A stretch of 64,000 bases of DNA from Candidatus Poribacteria bacterium (lineage in GTDB: Bacteria; Poribacteria; WGA-4E; WGA-3G): contig JAJDTM010000030.1 in NCBI GenBank assembly GCA_022827185.1, positions 179,769-243,768 on the forward strand. The letters run 5' to 3'. Under the pieces are notes generated by a model. The model ran no database searches. It had not been told where the DNA came from and saw nothing but the letters and a program-made list of their open reading frames with translations. Made by a program: the position numbers and the translations under genes. Of the stretch, positions 18,604 through 27,667 are shown piece by piece (within the stretch, counting starts at the first letter, position 1; every line of letters begins with the position of its first letter).

Positions 18604-19247
18604 TAGGATAACGGGACGCGGCACACTGCTGTGGTATGTGCGTCACAATACCAGAAATATCCGTCCCAATACGTCATGCCGTGTGGCTCCGGATGCGGTT
18701 CAGGTATCTCAATTTTGTTGAGATGGCTCCCGTCTTCTGGATCGAGATGAAAGATTGCGCGATGATTCGTCTCAACACACCAGAGGTCGTCGCCCACCCA
18801 TGCGATACCGTGGGGTCGATCACCGGGCGCGGGGAGTGTATGGATCACCTTGAAGTTGTCTTCAACATCTACCTGATAAACGGTGGCAGAGGGTGGTACT
18901 GCTATCCAGAGTTTATTGTCGCGCCATTCCAAGCCGTGTGCGCCGGTCTGCCCTGCGCCGGGTGTCTCGAAAGATGCGAGTGTTTCACCGCTTTCTGGGT
19001 CGGTTGATAGGATTTCGCAACTGTAGGTGGAGGCAAGCCAAAGCGTGTCGCCTGTGTCTGTAATACCGCTGCCTCTGTCGGAGCCAGTAGCGAGTGTTTT
19101 TTTCACAGTGCCGTCATAAGAAACGAGATGGACTTCGTTGGTCTGCTGGTCGAGAATCCAGAGTCCGTCTTCGGTGGCTTGCATTCCGTTGGGTTGTGGA
19201 CCTGGGGCATCAAAAACTGTTTCGATTGTGGACATAAGAACCTCCAC
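18603..19247 (-). CDS. five-bladed beta-propeller protein (glutaminyl-cyclase-like / SMP-30-like)
   Basis: Five repeated xxLWxxx blades in 214 aa (DGLWILD, DTLWLAS, NKLWIAV, DDLWCVE, GYFWYCD). The family assignment is tentative. Confidence 0.4.
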   Translation of the reverse strand: MEVLMSTIETVFDAPGPQPNGMQATEDGLWILDQQTNEVHLVSYDGTVKKTLATGSDRGSGITDTGDTLWLASTYSCEILSTDPESGETLASFETPGAGQTGAHGLEWRDNKLWIAVPPSATVYQVDVEDNFKVIHTLPAPGDRPHGIAWVGDDLWCVETNHRAIFHLDPEDGSHLNKIEIPEPHPEPHGMTYWDGYFWYCDAHTTAVCRVPLS

Positions 19248-19317
19248 ATAGGGTATATCTTACTTGGGGTTTTATTGTATGCAGTTTTGAGCGGAATGTC
19301 AAGGATTTTCTTTTCGA

Positions 19318-19346
19318 TTGTCTTAGGCGAGAAATTGTAGTATAAT
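19318..19346 (+). promoter_or_regulatory. sigma70-like promoter TTGTCT-17-TATAAT
   Basis: ttgtct taggcgagaaattgtag tataat, upstream of the 19411 lipoprotein gene. Confidence 0.4.
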
Positions 19347-19410
19347 TCTATAGTATCATAACGGAGAGACAAGTGGCGAGAACTTATCTTGTTCAAGGAG
19401 GGAATGACGG

Positions 19411-19851
19411 ATGAAATTTTTTACTTTACTGTTCATTGCTGTCTTTGCGGGTTGTGCGGCAACAATGCCTACTCATACCGATGAAGACATGCTACAACTT
19501 GAGGCGGCAAAAGCACTCTTCAAAAACCAGCTCGAAAATGATCTGCATCCGATAATTCAGGCGTATCTCGACGAAGTGCTACACGACCCGCATTCGTTTC
19601 GATTGCAACGTGTTGAATATACCGTCGCGAATTACGTTTCTACGGTGCCTTACGAAAAGCGAGCGCACTTGTTTAGCAAACGGAGCAACATATTTTATAA
19701 ACAAGTTCTCATCCCTACCTATCTCATAAATATGCGTTTTTATAGCAGCGTGCCTGATAGCGGTTTGCAACTCGTAGCGATGAAATTCTATCTTTTAAAA
19801 GACCATACATTAATTCTGCCGAGCGGTGTTGCTGTTCCGCTGTCTGAATAA
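19411..19851 (+). CDS. hypothetical lipoprotein
   Basis: Signal peptide ending in a lipobox-like FAGC. No family recognised. Confidence 0.45.
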   Translation: MKFFTLLFIAVFAGCAATMPTHTDEDMLQLEAAKALFKNQLENDLHPIIQAYLDEVLHDPHSFRLQRVEYTVANYVSTVPYEKRAHLFSKRSNIFYKQVLIPTYLINMRFYSSVPDSGLQLVAMKFYLLKDHTLILPSGVAVPLSE

Positions 19852-20310
19852 TTTTTTTGATGCTAACTTTCGTACCTTTGCTTGGCGACTAATTGTCGTC
19901 CTGCCGATTATCAGCACCAAGATTCACAGGATTTTAGGATTTTTCAGTTCTGTGGGGCATGCGGGAGTCTATTCATGGATATGGCTTGAAAAAGGAGTTG
20001 GCGAGCAGTAGAGAGGATGCGCTTCTGGATTTTTCCTCTCTCCGCTCTGCCAAGGTCTCCCGTTGAATTCTGTATAGCTGAAATTGTGATGATGTATAAA
20101 TATGAAGTATGAATGGATTTCAGCTTGAATTCTGTATGACTTAAATCATGATGGCTTGTGAATAATTGATTGATTTTAGTCATACTATATAAATTATACA
20201 TCAATTAATTCCGTTTTGCAAGAAAAAAATACAATTTTTGTGAAAAAACGCAATTTTTGTAAATTTTTGCGCAAAAAATGTGTTTTGAAAAGGAAAAAAG
20301 GAGATTTTAT

Positions 20311-23300
20311 CTATACCAAAGCATAAACACCGCGCCGAATTCTCACAATCTCACCCATTTCTACAAGACGGGTGAGTTCGTTTTTGATGGCACCTGAATT
20401 CCCTTGAATCGATTCAACAATTTCAGATGTTGTTTTCTCTCCATCCAAGAGCAGCTCGAAGATTTGCACATGAAATGGGGTCCGCTCAAGTTTACTGCCC
20501 CTCAATCTCATCAAGATACGATTTGCTTGCGACTTAGAAACACCGAGCAGATACTCAACGCGTTCTCGGCTCCACGACGCATCCATGTTCGCGTATTCTG
20601 CTTCATATTCCTCGCGTATCCGAATGGTCTCTGCAAGTTCATCCAGTCCACCAGCGAGTTCAAAGTCTTCCCAATCGAACAACTCCGTCTCTGGTGCATC
20701 GGTGACAGAAGGTATCCGCAAAGCCGTGTTGAGAACCAGCGTTTTGCCTGACGCCTCATTGAATCCAGCGATACGGACAATCTGTGTCAGTGCACCGATA
20801 GCGTTCTGTTCGTAGAGTCCTTGTATCCGTTCATCTTCAAATTGATAGGGGTTCATCGTCAAGTTGTAATTTAACGGTTTCGTTTGATTTCCAAACAGGA
20901 CTTTCGCCTGTTCCCAGACGAATTTCGGGTGCCAATAGGGCGTGCCGACGACCCAGACAACATCAGCGGGTTCAAAGGTGGCTTGTAGTCCCTTGATGCG
21001 GTCATAGTAAACTTCAGCGGTTTCAAAAGTGGTTCGCAACTCCTCAGCGTGTGCCGGGGTGTCTTTGATGAGATCGTGATAGTTGATAATATTATCAAGC
21101 ACATTTTTCAACATTATCCTCGCGCTTGTGCTTGAGATAATGACATGATTCCGATCCGGATGCCGCCTCACCTCCTGATGGATACCGCGGAAAAAGCGAC
21201 TCGCAATTTTAGAAAGGCTGAACATGTCCCAATTAACCTCGTAGTTTGCGATTGCATGGAAGGCGTGCGACGCGCTCCGTAACTGAAAAGACTTATTGCC
21301 TGAAAGTGGCGTCTCTTGCGATTCAACCACCCTTACTGAAATAGTCTCTTCAGGAAAGATCTCCGTGAAATAATTTTCCGAAAACGCTGGGGATATGAAC
21401 ACAAATTTTTGAATTTTTTGATGAATTCTTGGCGGTAACCAGAACCGCAAAATCCCGTTATCAACAAACATCGGAGCATCCATATCACGGGTGTAATGCG
21501 CAAAGAATGCCTTCAACTGATGCCATAACGTCCACTCTGGGTCGTGGTACACGTTCGGGAGTTTTTCTATGTCTTCTGAGGTCGATATATCCAAAATCTC
21601 AAGCTGGATTGCACTATCAATATCTATTGCGACCTTGTTGGCATCTTCACCTGTACAATTTACCTGACACATCTGCTGAACAATGGCATCTTCTAACCTT
21701 TCAAACGCCTGAAGAACAGTGCGAATCCGCTTCGCAATATCGCCGTGTTGACTGTCCGTAATCCGAATAGCGTTCAGCACTGTTTTCGCGAATTGACCCA
21801 ACGCTTCCTGCCCCCAATTAATGAGCCAGCCTTCAAGAATTTCGGTTGACAGATGATGCTGTGAAAAGAGCTGGGTGAGTTGGGATTCAGAATCATTTAC
21901 GATACAGACCCTATCGGGAACAAGCCACGCGTCAACAAACACTGCATACCGCCGATCCAGAAAGAGGTTCGGCATCTCTGATACGATGACCTGGTTCTCC
22001 TTGAGCGTCTCGAATTGGGAAAGATACCCGCGTGCTTGACACGCGTCATAAACGGGACAATTCGGGCAGATACTCCTATTCGGATCACCGCCTTTCTGCT
22101 CCAACGCATCACATCTCTCGGCATCTTCGCAGACGTTTCCCCGCGCGAAAGGGTTCTGTATCCGTTCAGCAATCGGCATCCATTTCACTTGTTTCCAGCG
22201 ATGGTTTCTCGGTTTCCAACGTCCTACTGAAATACCCTGCCCTTCATAATACTGCTCTGCGTCTTCAGCATCATGTGTGGTATTCACGTTGATCCATATA
22301 GGTGCAGTATTGAGAAACGTGGCTTCGATTTCACGTTTTTTTTCAGTGCTCATTGCCCCCGCGATAATCCCAAGAATGCGGACTTCGTCTCCAGAGAGAT
22401 CCCGCTCATCCAGTCCTGTAGTGCGTTCCACTTTTTCAAGGAGCGGTCTTGGTCGTTTAATTCCAATCGGAGAAAGCTCACCGCGTTGTACTGCGAGAAT
22501 ACTTTCATTCACAACAGGTTCCGTTTCTAATGATTCTATGACATCGAAATCGTCGAAATCCTGTGTATCCACGAGTGCTTCATTGGTCGCAGTTAATTCC
22601 GGTACCGGGGCGGGTTCATGGAGCGGCTCTCGTAAGACATCAAGAAACGCGAAGAGCACGTCTTTAGAAATGATGGGCGGATTTAATAGGCTACCCGTAA
22701 GAATCTCGTAGCGAGCATCCCAGCGCGTGTAGCCTTTATCCCCAACAATCTCAACATAGATATCTCGGTAGCGGTGGTCTATGTCGGGTAGATGTTTATG
22801 AACATACTGCTTTGCATCGGTTGTGTCCGGGTGAAGATAGTCTGGCACTCGACACGAAAAGCGCAAGCCGCCCCCCTTGAGTAAGGTGAGGAGCGGATTC
22901 ATAACAGCGTTGACGAGTGCCTCCACACATGCGACAACGGCATCAGGCGCGTCTCGGATCGCTTTGTAAGTGAACTCAATGTCGTGCCAGTTCGCCCCGT
23001 CGCGTGCAGATGGCGTTCCTGTATAAACCTGAATCCCCCACGACGAAAACCATCGCCTCGGTTCCCAGTTGAGTGTGCCTTGTCGTCTTAAGAGACGCGT
23101 GCCACCACGATACGCTGGCCCCCGATCGAAGGGTGCCTGTCCAATCGGCATAAACGAAATATCCGCCTGTTCAAGGTCACGCAAAAGCAGCGGATGCCGA
23201 CGTGCACAATAAACAATATAGTGGTAAGGGTACTCACCGTGCAATGTGGGTGAGACAATCGTCTCGCGCTGCTGTAGGTCCTTTTCGCGCCGTTCATGGC

Positions 23301-23331
23301 ACTGTTGGATGATATCCTTCACAGATTCCAT
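20311..23331 (-). CDS. large orphan protein (1006 aa): putative primase-polymerase-like N-terminal domain, a Cys4 cluster, a long uncharacterised middle region, and a C-terminal winged helix
   Basis: Residues about 60-230 follow a primase-polymerase-like order of motifs (…NWEPRRW…GIQVYTGTPS…WHDIEF…KGGGLRFSCR…YVEIVGDKGYTRWDARYE). CEDAERCDALEQKGGDPNRSICPNCPVYDAC looks like a zinc ribbon. The C-terminus (…ELTRLVEMGEIVRIRRGVYALV) resembles an AbiEi-like or MarR-like winged helix. Assignments rest on motif recognition only. Confidence 0.5.
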   Translation of the reverse strand: MESVKDIIQQCHERREKDLQQRETIVSPTLHGEYPYHYIVYCARRHPLLLRDLEQADISFMPIGQAPFDRGPAYRGGTRLLRRQGTLNWEPRRWFSSWGIQVYTGTPSARDGANWHDIEFTYKAIRDAPDAVVACVEALVNAVMNPLLTLLKGGGLRFSCRVPDYLHPDTTDAKQYVHKHLPDIDHRYRDIYVEIVGDKGYTRWDARYEILTGSLLNPPIISKDVLFAFLDVLREPLHEPAPVPELTATNEALVDTQDFDDFDVIESLETEPVVNESILAVQRGELSPIGIKRPRPLLEKVERTTGLDERDLSGDEVRILGIIAGAMSTEKKREIEATFLNTAPIWINVNTTHDAEDAEQYYEGQGISVGRWKPRNHRWKQVKWMPIAERIQNPFARGNVCEDAERCDALEQKGGDPNRSICPNCPVYDACQARGYLSQFETLKENQVIVSEMPNLFLDRRYAVFVDAWLVPDRVCIVNDSESQLTQLFSQHHLSTEILEGWLINWGQEALGQFAKTVLNAIRITDSQHGDIAKRIRTVLQAFERLEDAIVQQMCQVNCTGEDANKVAIDIDSAIQLEILDISTSEDIEKLPNVYHDPEWTLWHQLKAFFAHYTRDMDAPMFVDNGILRFWLPPRIHQKIQKFVFISPAFSENYFTEIFPEETISVRVVESQETPLSGNKSFQLRSASHAFHAIANYEVNWDMFSLSKIASRFFRGIHQEVRRHPDRNHVIISSTSARIMLKNVLDNIINYHDLIKDTPAHAEELRTTFETAEVYYDRIKGLQATFEPADVVWVVGTPYWHPKFVWEQAKVLFGNQTKPLNYNLTMNPYQFEDERIQGLYEQNAIGALTQIVRIAGFNEASGKTLVLNTALRIPSVTDAPETELFDWEDFELAGGLDELAETIRIREEYEAEYANMDASWSRERVEYLLGVSKSQANRILMRLRGSKLERTPFHVQIFELLLDGEKTTSEIVESIQGNSGAIKNELTRLVEMGEIVRIRRGVYALV

Positions 23332-23482
23332 GTGCGGAAATCTCCATAGAAAATGGACGTTATCGGGTTTTTACGTAGCTTAGAAACGACTTGGGAGCAT
23401 CGTATGAAAATTGCGAATCTAACGCCGTTTGTGAGAGGGCGGGGGAGAAAGGTCTCGCTACCTTCTACTTCTCAGAGTCGTT

Positions 23483-23511
23483 GCTCCGCACGGAGCAGGT
23501 GCAATTGCACC
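23483..23511. promoter_or_regulatory. two adjacent palindromes (gctccg-ca-cggagc and the perfect 14-mer ggtgcaattgcacc) 150-180 bp upstream of the large orphan gene
   Basis: Read directly from the sequence. Confidence 0.4.
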
Positions 23512-23797
23512 ATTGAAACTATTATATTCTAAACCAAATAAATTGTCAAATACATCTTTGCTGAACATCAGAGTGATTTAGTTTTAAGAAATTCGCGAGT
23601 TTCATGCTTTCTGTTACAGATCCGGTGCGGTTAGAATGCAGATCGCAAATGTAAAGCTAAGACAAATTTTGCCGCGTATGGGAAACCAAATTTGGGTGAG
23701 TACACCGCAAAACACGCACCTACCGGCCCTGGGGGTCCAAAATTTGGCGAAAAAACCGAGAACTAAATAGCTCTGTGCTGAACATCTCAATATTGGT

Positions 23798-23826
23798 TTG
23801 CAAGCAACACCAATAAGTGGTATAAT
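23798..23826 (+). promoter_or_regulatory. sigma70-like promoter TTGCAA-17-TATAAT for argG
   Basis: ttgcaa gcaacaccaataagtgg tataat, 40 bp upstream of the argG ATG. Confidence 0.45.
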
Positions 23827-23865
23827 TCCGTCATAACTTAATATACAATACCTTGGAGACTGCTT

Positions 23866-25104
23866 TTGAATATTGATACATTAAAAGGGAAAACGATAGG
23901 TGCTGCTGTTTCGGGTGGCTTGGATAGTTGCACTATTACCAAGTGGTTGGTTGATAACGGGGTCAGCGTTGTCTGCTTTACGGCGGATCTCGGTCAACCC
24001 GATGAAAGGGACGTTTCCGAGATCCGGGAGCGAATGTTGGCGTGCGGTGCCGAAGAAGCTATTATTATAGATGCGAAGGATGCACTCGCGGAAGACGGTA
24101 TCCGACTTATTCAGTGCCAAGCGATGTATGAAGGTGGCTACTGGAATACGACAGGTATTGCCCGACACGTCACGGTAAAGGCACTTTTGCCGGAGATGGA
24201 GAAACGCGGTATTTCCATCTTAACACACGGTGCGACGGGTAGGGGTAACGATCAGGTACGGTTCCAACTTGCTACGAATATGCTCAATCCACATTTTGAA
24301 GTCTATGCGCCGTGGCGGGATCCGGCGTTCCTGAAAAAGTTTGGCGGTAGAAAAGAGATGATAGACTTCTGCCAAGCGCACAACCTTCCGATTACAGCGA
24401 CACACGAGAAGCCCTACTCGACTGATGCCAACCTCCTTGGACTCACGCATGAAGCCGGACGACTCGAATCGCTGAAAACCGCTGCGGGATTTATTACGCC
24501 GGGTATGGGCGTCCATCCAAAAGACGCACCTGATGATGTTGAACACTTTACGGTTACTTTTGCGCGGGGAACACCTGTTGAAGTCAACGGCAGTCCCGTT
24601 ACATCCCTTCAGAGTCTGCTGGAAGCGAACCGTATCGGTGGCCGGAACGGCGTCGGTATCGGCATTCACACCGTTGAGAACCGATTTGTCGGGATTAAGA
24701 GTCGTGGCGTTTATGAATCTCCGGGGATGGAGTTGCTTGGAAGGTGCTATGAGTATTTGCTGCAACTGATTTTAGACAGGCGTGCGCGCCGTCACTTTGA
24801 TAGTGTGGCACCCGTAATCGCTGAACAGATTTATCAGGGTTACTGGTTCGATGCTGCGACGCAGGCGTTATTGTCTTCTATCCAACCGCTCACCGACTTG
24901 GCGAGTGGGACTCTTACGGTAGCACTCTATAAAGGGAATGTGGCATTCTACGCTGCTGGTGGCGCCCCGCACTCGCTCTATTCCGAGGAGACTGCCTCTA
25001 TGGAAGCGATCGGTGACTTTGATCATGCGGATTCAGAAGGGTTTTTAGCGGTACTCGGTGTTGGTGCACGTGCATCGGCTGTCGCTGGCCAGACGCAGGA
25101 GTAG
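23866..25104 (+). CDS. argG: argininosuccinate synthase
   Basis: N-terminal AVSGGLDSC PP-loop and a full-length match to the ArgG pattern. Confidence 0.9.
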   Translation: MNIDTLKGKTIGAAVSGGLDSCTITKWLVDNGVSVVCFTADLGQPDERDVSEIRERMLACGAEEAIIIDAKDALAEDGIRLIQCQAMYEGGYWNTTGIARHVTVKALLPEMEKRGISILTHGATGRGNDQVRFQLATNMLNPHFEVYAPWRDPAFLKKFGGRKEMIDFCQAHNLPITATHEKPYSTDANLLGLTHEAGRLESLKTAAGFITPGMGVHPKDAPDDVEHFTVTFARGTPVEVNGSPVTSLQSLLEANRIGGRNGVGIGIHTVENRFVGIKSRGVYESPGMELLGRCYEYLLQLILDRRARRHFDSVAPVIAEQIYQGYWFDAATQALLSSIQPLTDLASGTLTVALYKGNVAFYAAGGAPHSLYSEETASMEAIGDFDHADSEGFLAVLGVGARASAVAGQTQE

Positions 25105-25107
25105 CCT

Positions 25108-26103
25108 TTAAGGCACTTCAAGTTTTGCGAACACTTGTGCGATAATGCTTTCGACATCACGTCCATCCGCCTCCGCTTCGTAACTGATAATGACTCGGTG
25201 CCTTAGCACGTCCATACCGACAGCGTGAATATCTTCAGGGGTAACATAGCCGCGCTCGGACAGGAATGCTTTTGCCCTTGCAGCGAAAGCGAGGAAGATG
25301 GTTGCGCGTGGGGATGCGCCGTATTCAATGAGTGTGCTGAGTTCGTCTAACTGATACGCCTCCGGCGTGCGCGTTGCACACACTAAATCGACAATATAAT
25401 TCTCCAATTGTTCTGCCATATAGATGTTCCGGACGACCTCTCGGAATCGGATAATGTCTTTCGGGGAGATCACCGATTGGATCGTAGCGATTTCCTCGGT
25501 TGTCATTCGCCGAAGGATTTGCAATTCCTCTGCATGCGAAGGATAGTCGACCTTAATCTTTAGCATAAACCTATCTACTTGTGCCTCTGGGAGTGGATAG
25601 GTGCCTTCATGCTCAATCGGGTTTTGGGTTGCCAAGACGAGAAACGGGTCATCGAGCGGATATGTCGTGCCACCAATGGTTATCTGCCGTTCTTGCATTG
25701 CTTCGAGGAGCGCGCTTTGCACTTTGGCGGGGGCACGGTTTATCTCGTCTGCAAGGATAACGTTGGCGAAAATCGGTCCCTTCTTGGTGTAAAAGTCGCC
25801 TTTCTGTTGGTCGTAAATTAGCGTGCCGATAAGGTCTGCTGGGAGCAGGTCCGGGGTAAACTGAAGGCGATTGAAAGAGGCATCAATGGTCTGCGCAAGT
25901 GCGCTGACAGCGGTTGTCTTCGCGAGTCCGGGTACACCTTCAAGTAGAATGTGACCGTTGCAGAGCAACCCGATGATCAACCCTTCTAATAACGCCGTCT
26001 GCCCGACGATAACTTTCCCTGTCTCCGTGAGTATCTGCTGGACTAACCCGCTATCCGCTTGGATGCGAGCGTTCATGGTTTCTAAGTCGTAGTTTTTTTG
26101 CAT
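25108..26103 (-). CDS. MoxR-family AAA+ ATPase
   Basis: Walker A GVPGLAKT, Walker B ILADEINRA, and MoxR-typical length and C-terminal region. Confidence 0.85.
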   Translation of the reverse strand: MQKNYDLETMNARIQADSGLVQQILTETGKVIVGQTALLEGLIIGLLCNGHILLEGVPGLAKTTAVSALAQTIDASFNRLQFTPDLLPADLIGTLIYDQQKGDFYTKKGPIFANVILADEINRAPAKVQSALLEAMQERQITIGGTTYPLDDPFLVLATQNPIEHEGTYPLPEAQVDRFMLKIKVDYPSHAEELQILRRMTTEEIATIQSVISPKDIIRFREVVRNIYMAEQLENYIVDLVCATRTPEAYQLDELSTLIEYGASPRATIFLAFAARAKAFLSERGYVTPEDIHAVGMDVLRHRVIISYEAEADGRDVESIIAQVFAKLEVP

Positions 26104-26119
26104 CTGTCTGAATCAGGAT

Positions 26120-26190
26120 TTACAGGATTATAGGATTACCAAGATAGGAAGACTGGAAGATTGGAAGTTTGGGGAAGGGGCACCTATCCT
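26120..26190. repeat. 8-bp-periodic simple repeat ((c/a)aggatt x3 then nggaaga x3) upstream of moxR
   Basis: caggattt acaggatt ataggatt accaagat aggaagac tggaagat tggaagtt, read from the sequence. Confidence 0.5.
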
Positions 26191-26237
26191 TCCACCATGC
26201 CAACCCTCCATCTGGGTTTCTTCTATCTTGGTTAGAT

Positions 26238-27596
26238 TTACACAAAAAATGGTTGTGTTTCGCCTTCTTGGAAGGACTGCTCAAGCCATGGATCCTTGGT
26301 TTTCTGCCTGAATTCGATGACTTTTCGGCGCATTTCGTTGGCGATGTCTTGTAACTCTGGTGCATCAATGAGGTTCTGCGATTCCGCTGGGTCGTTCTGG
26401 ATATCAAACAGTGCCTCCCGGCTCTGTTGTAGAAACTCGGTGCGCTGGCGTTCACCGAGTTGCTGAACATTGTCGTCTCGGACCGCTGTCCATGAGATTG
26501 ATCGGAATAGGTCGCTTGGGAGCGGTGTCTCCAGTTGGTACGCCAGATTTCGGACGTATTTATACCGTCTGCCACGTAAGACGCGGTATGGGTAGTAGTT
26601 CGTCACCTCGTGGAAGCAGTGGGAGAAGTAGGTTTCTTCCCATTCACCGTTGCCCGGATGCGCGCTGTCATCTTCAAGGATGGAGAGGATTGACCTGCCC
26701 GGAAGTGCGTCATCTCCGTCGGGGTGTGTAACACCACACCAATCCAACATCGTTGGGCAGAAATCTACCCAATTGACGAGTGCCTGATTATGGAAGCCGC
26801 GTTTCTGTTGCGTAGGACTGGAAATCAGCAGTGGACAGTGGTGTCCGCTATCAAAGCTTGATGCCTTCGCGCCGGGGAACGGCATCGCGTGGTCAGTGGT
26901 GACAAAAACGAGGGTTTCGTCTGCGCGTCCAGAAGCGTCAAGCGCGTCTAAAACTGCGCCGACGACGGCATCCCAGCGTGAAACGCTTTCGTAGTAATCT
27001 GCGAGATCCTCGCGAACCGCGGGTACGTCCGGTAGGAAATTCGGTACAATGATTTCATCTGGTGCATAGGAGCCGGGTTCAATACCTGCGGGTGTCTGGT
27101 CGTTTCCGAACCCTTTACCTGCTCGGTGCGGGTGCGTACTGCCGATATGAAGATAAAAAGGTGTATCTGTACTCTCGTTGAGAAATTGTGTGACCTTTGT
27201 TGCCATATCTACAGGACTTCGGGCATTGACTCTCGGTTCAAAATCGAAAGGATAGACAGTATCTGGGGCAACGTGCTTCTTTCCTATACACGCCGTAGCG
27301 AATCCGTGTGCTTTCAGGATTTTTGGTACGGATTGCATATATTCATGTGTGCGAAACCCGTGTATGCCGTGGCAGTGTCCGTATTGCCCGTGTGTGTGGC
27401 TATGTTGTCCGGTAAGGATGCACGCGCGACTTACTGCACACGATGGACTTGTACAGAATGCGTGGTCAAAGACGACACCGCGTTCTGCAAAAGTGTCAAT
27501 ATGTGGTGTTCGGATGACATCGTTTCCGTAGCACTTTGCGATACGGCTCCAATCGTCAGCGATGACGAACATTACGTTTTTATATGAGTTGTTCAT
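26238..27596 (-). CDS. sulfatase (N-sulfoglucosamine sulfohydrolase-like) with a non-canonical C-A-V-S-R active-site signature
   Basis: MFVIADDWS and FCTSPSCAVSRACILTGQHSHTHGQYG align to the sulfatase C-x-P-x-R signature, with Val in place of Pro. Confidence 0.75.
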   Translation of the reverse strand: MNNSYKNVMFVIADDWSRIAKCYGNDVIRTPHIDTFAERGVVFDHAFCTSPSCAVSRACILTGQHSHTHGQYGHCHGIHGFRTHEYMQSVPKILKAHGFATACIGKKHVAPDTVYPFDFEPRVNARSPVDMATKVTQFLNESTDTPFYLHIGSTHPHRAGKGFGNDQTPAGIEPGSYAPDEIIVPNFLPDVPAVREDLADYYESVSRWDAVVGAVLDALDASGRADETLVFVTTDHAMPFPGAKASSFDSGHHCPLLISSPTQQKRGFHNQALVNWVDFCPTMLDWCGVTHPDGDDALPGRSILSILEDDSAHPGNGEWEETYFSHCFHEVTNYYPYRVLRGRRYKYVRNLAYQLETPLPSDLFRSISWTAVRDDNVQQLGERQRTEFLQQSREALFDIQNDPAESQNLIDAPELQDIANEMRRKVIEFRQKTKDPWLEQSFQEGETQPFFV

Positions 27597-27667
27597 GATT
27601 TTCCTACGAATAAAAGTTTCTTTGATTCTGGTTCAACACAACCTACACACGAATAGAAAAGACTTCA

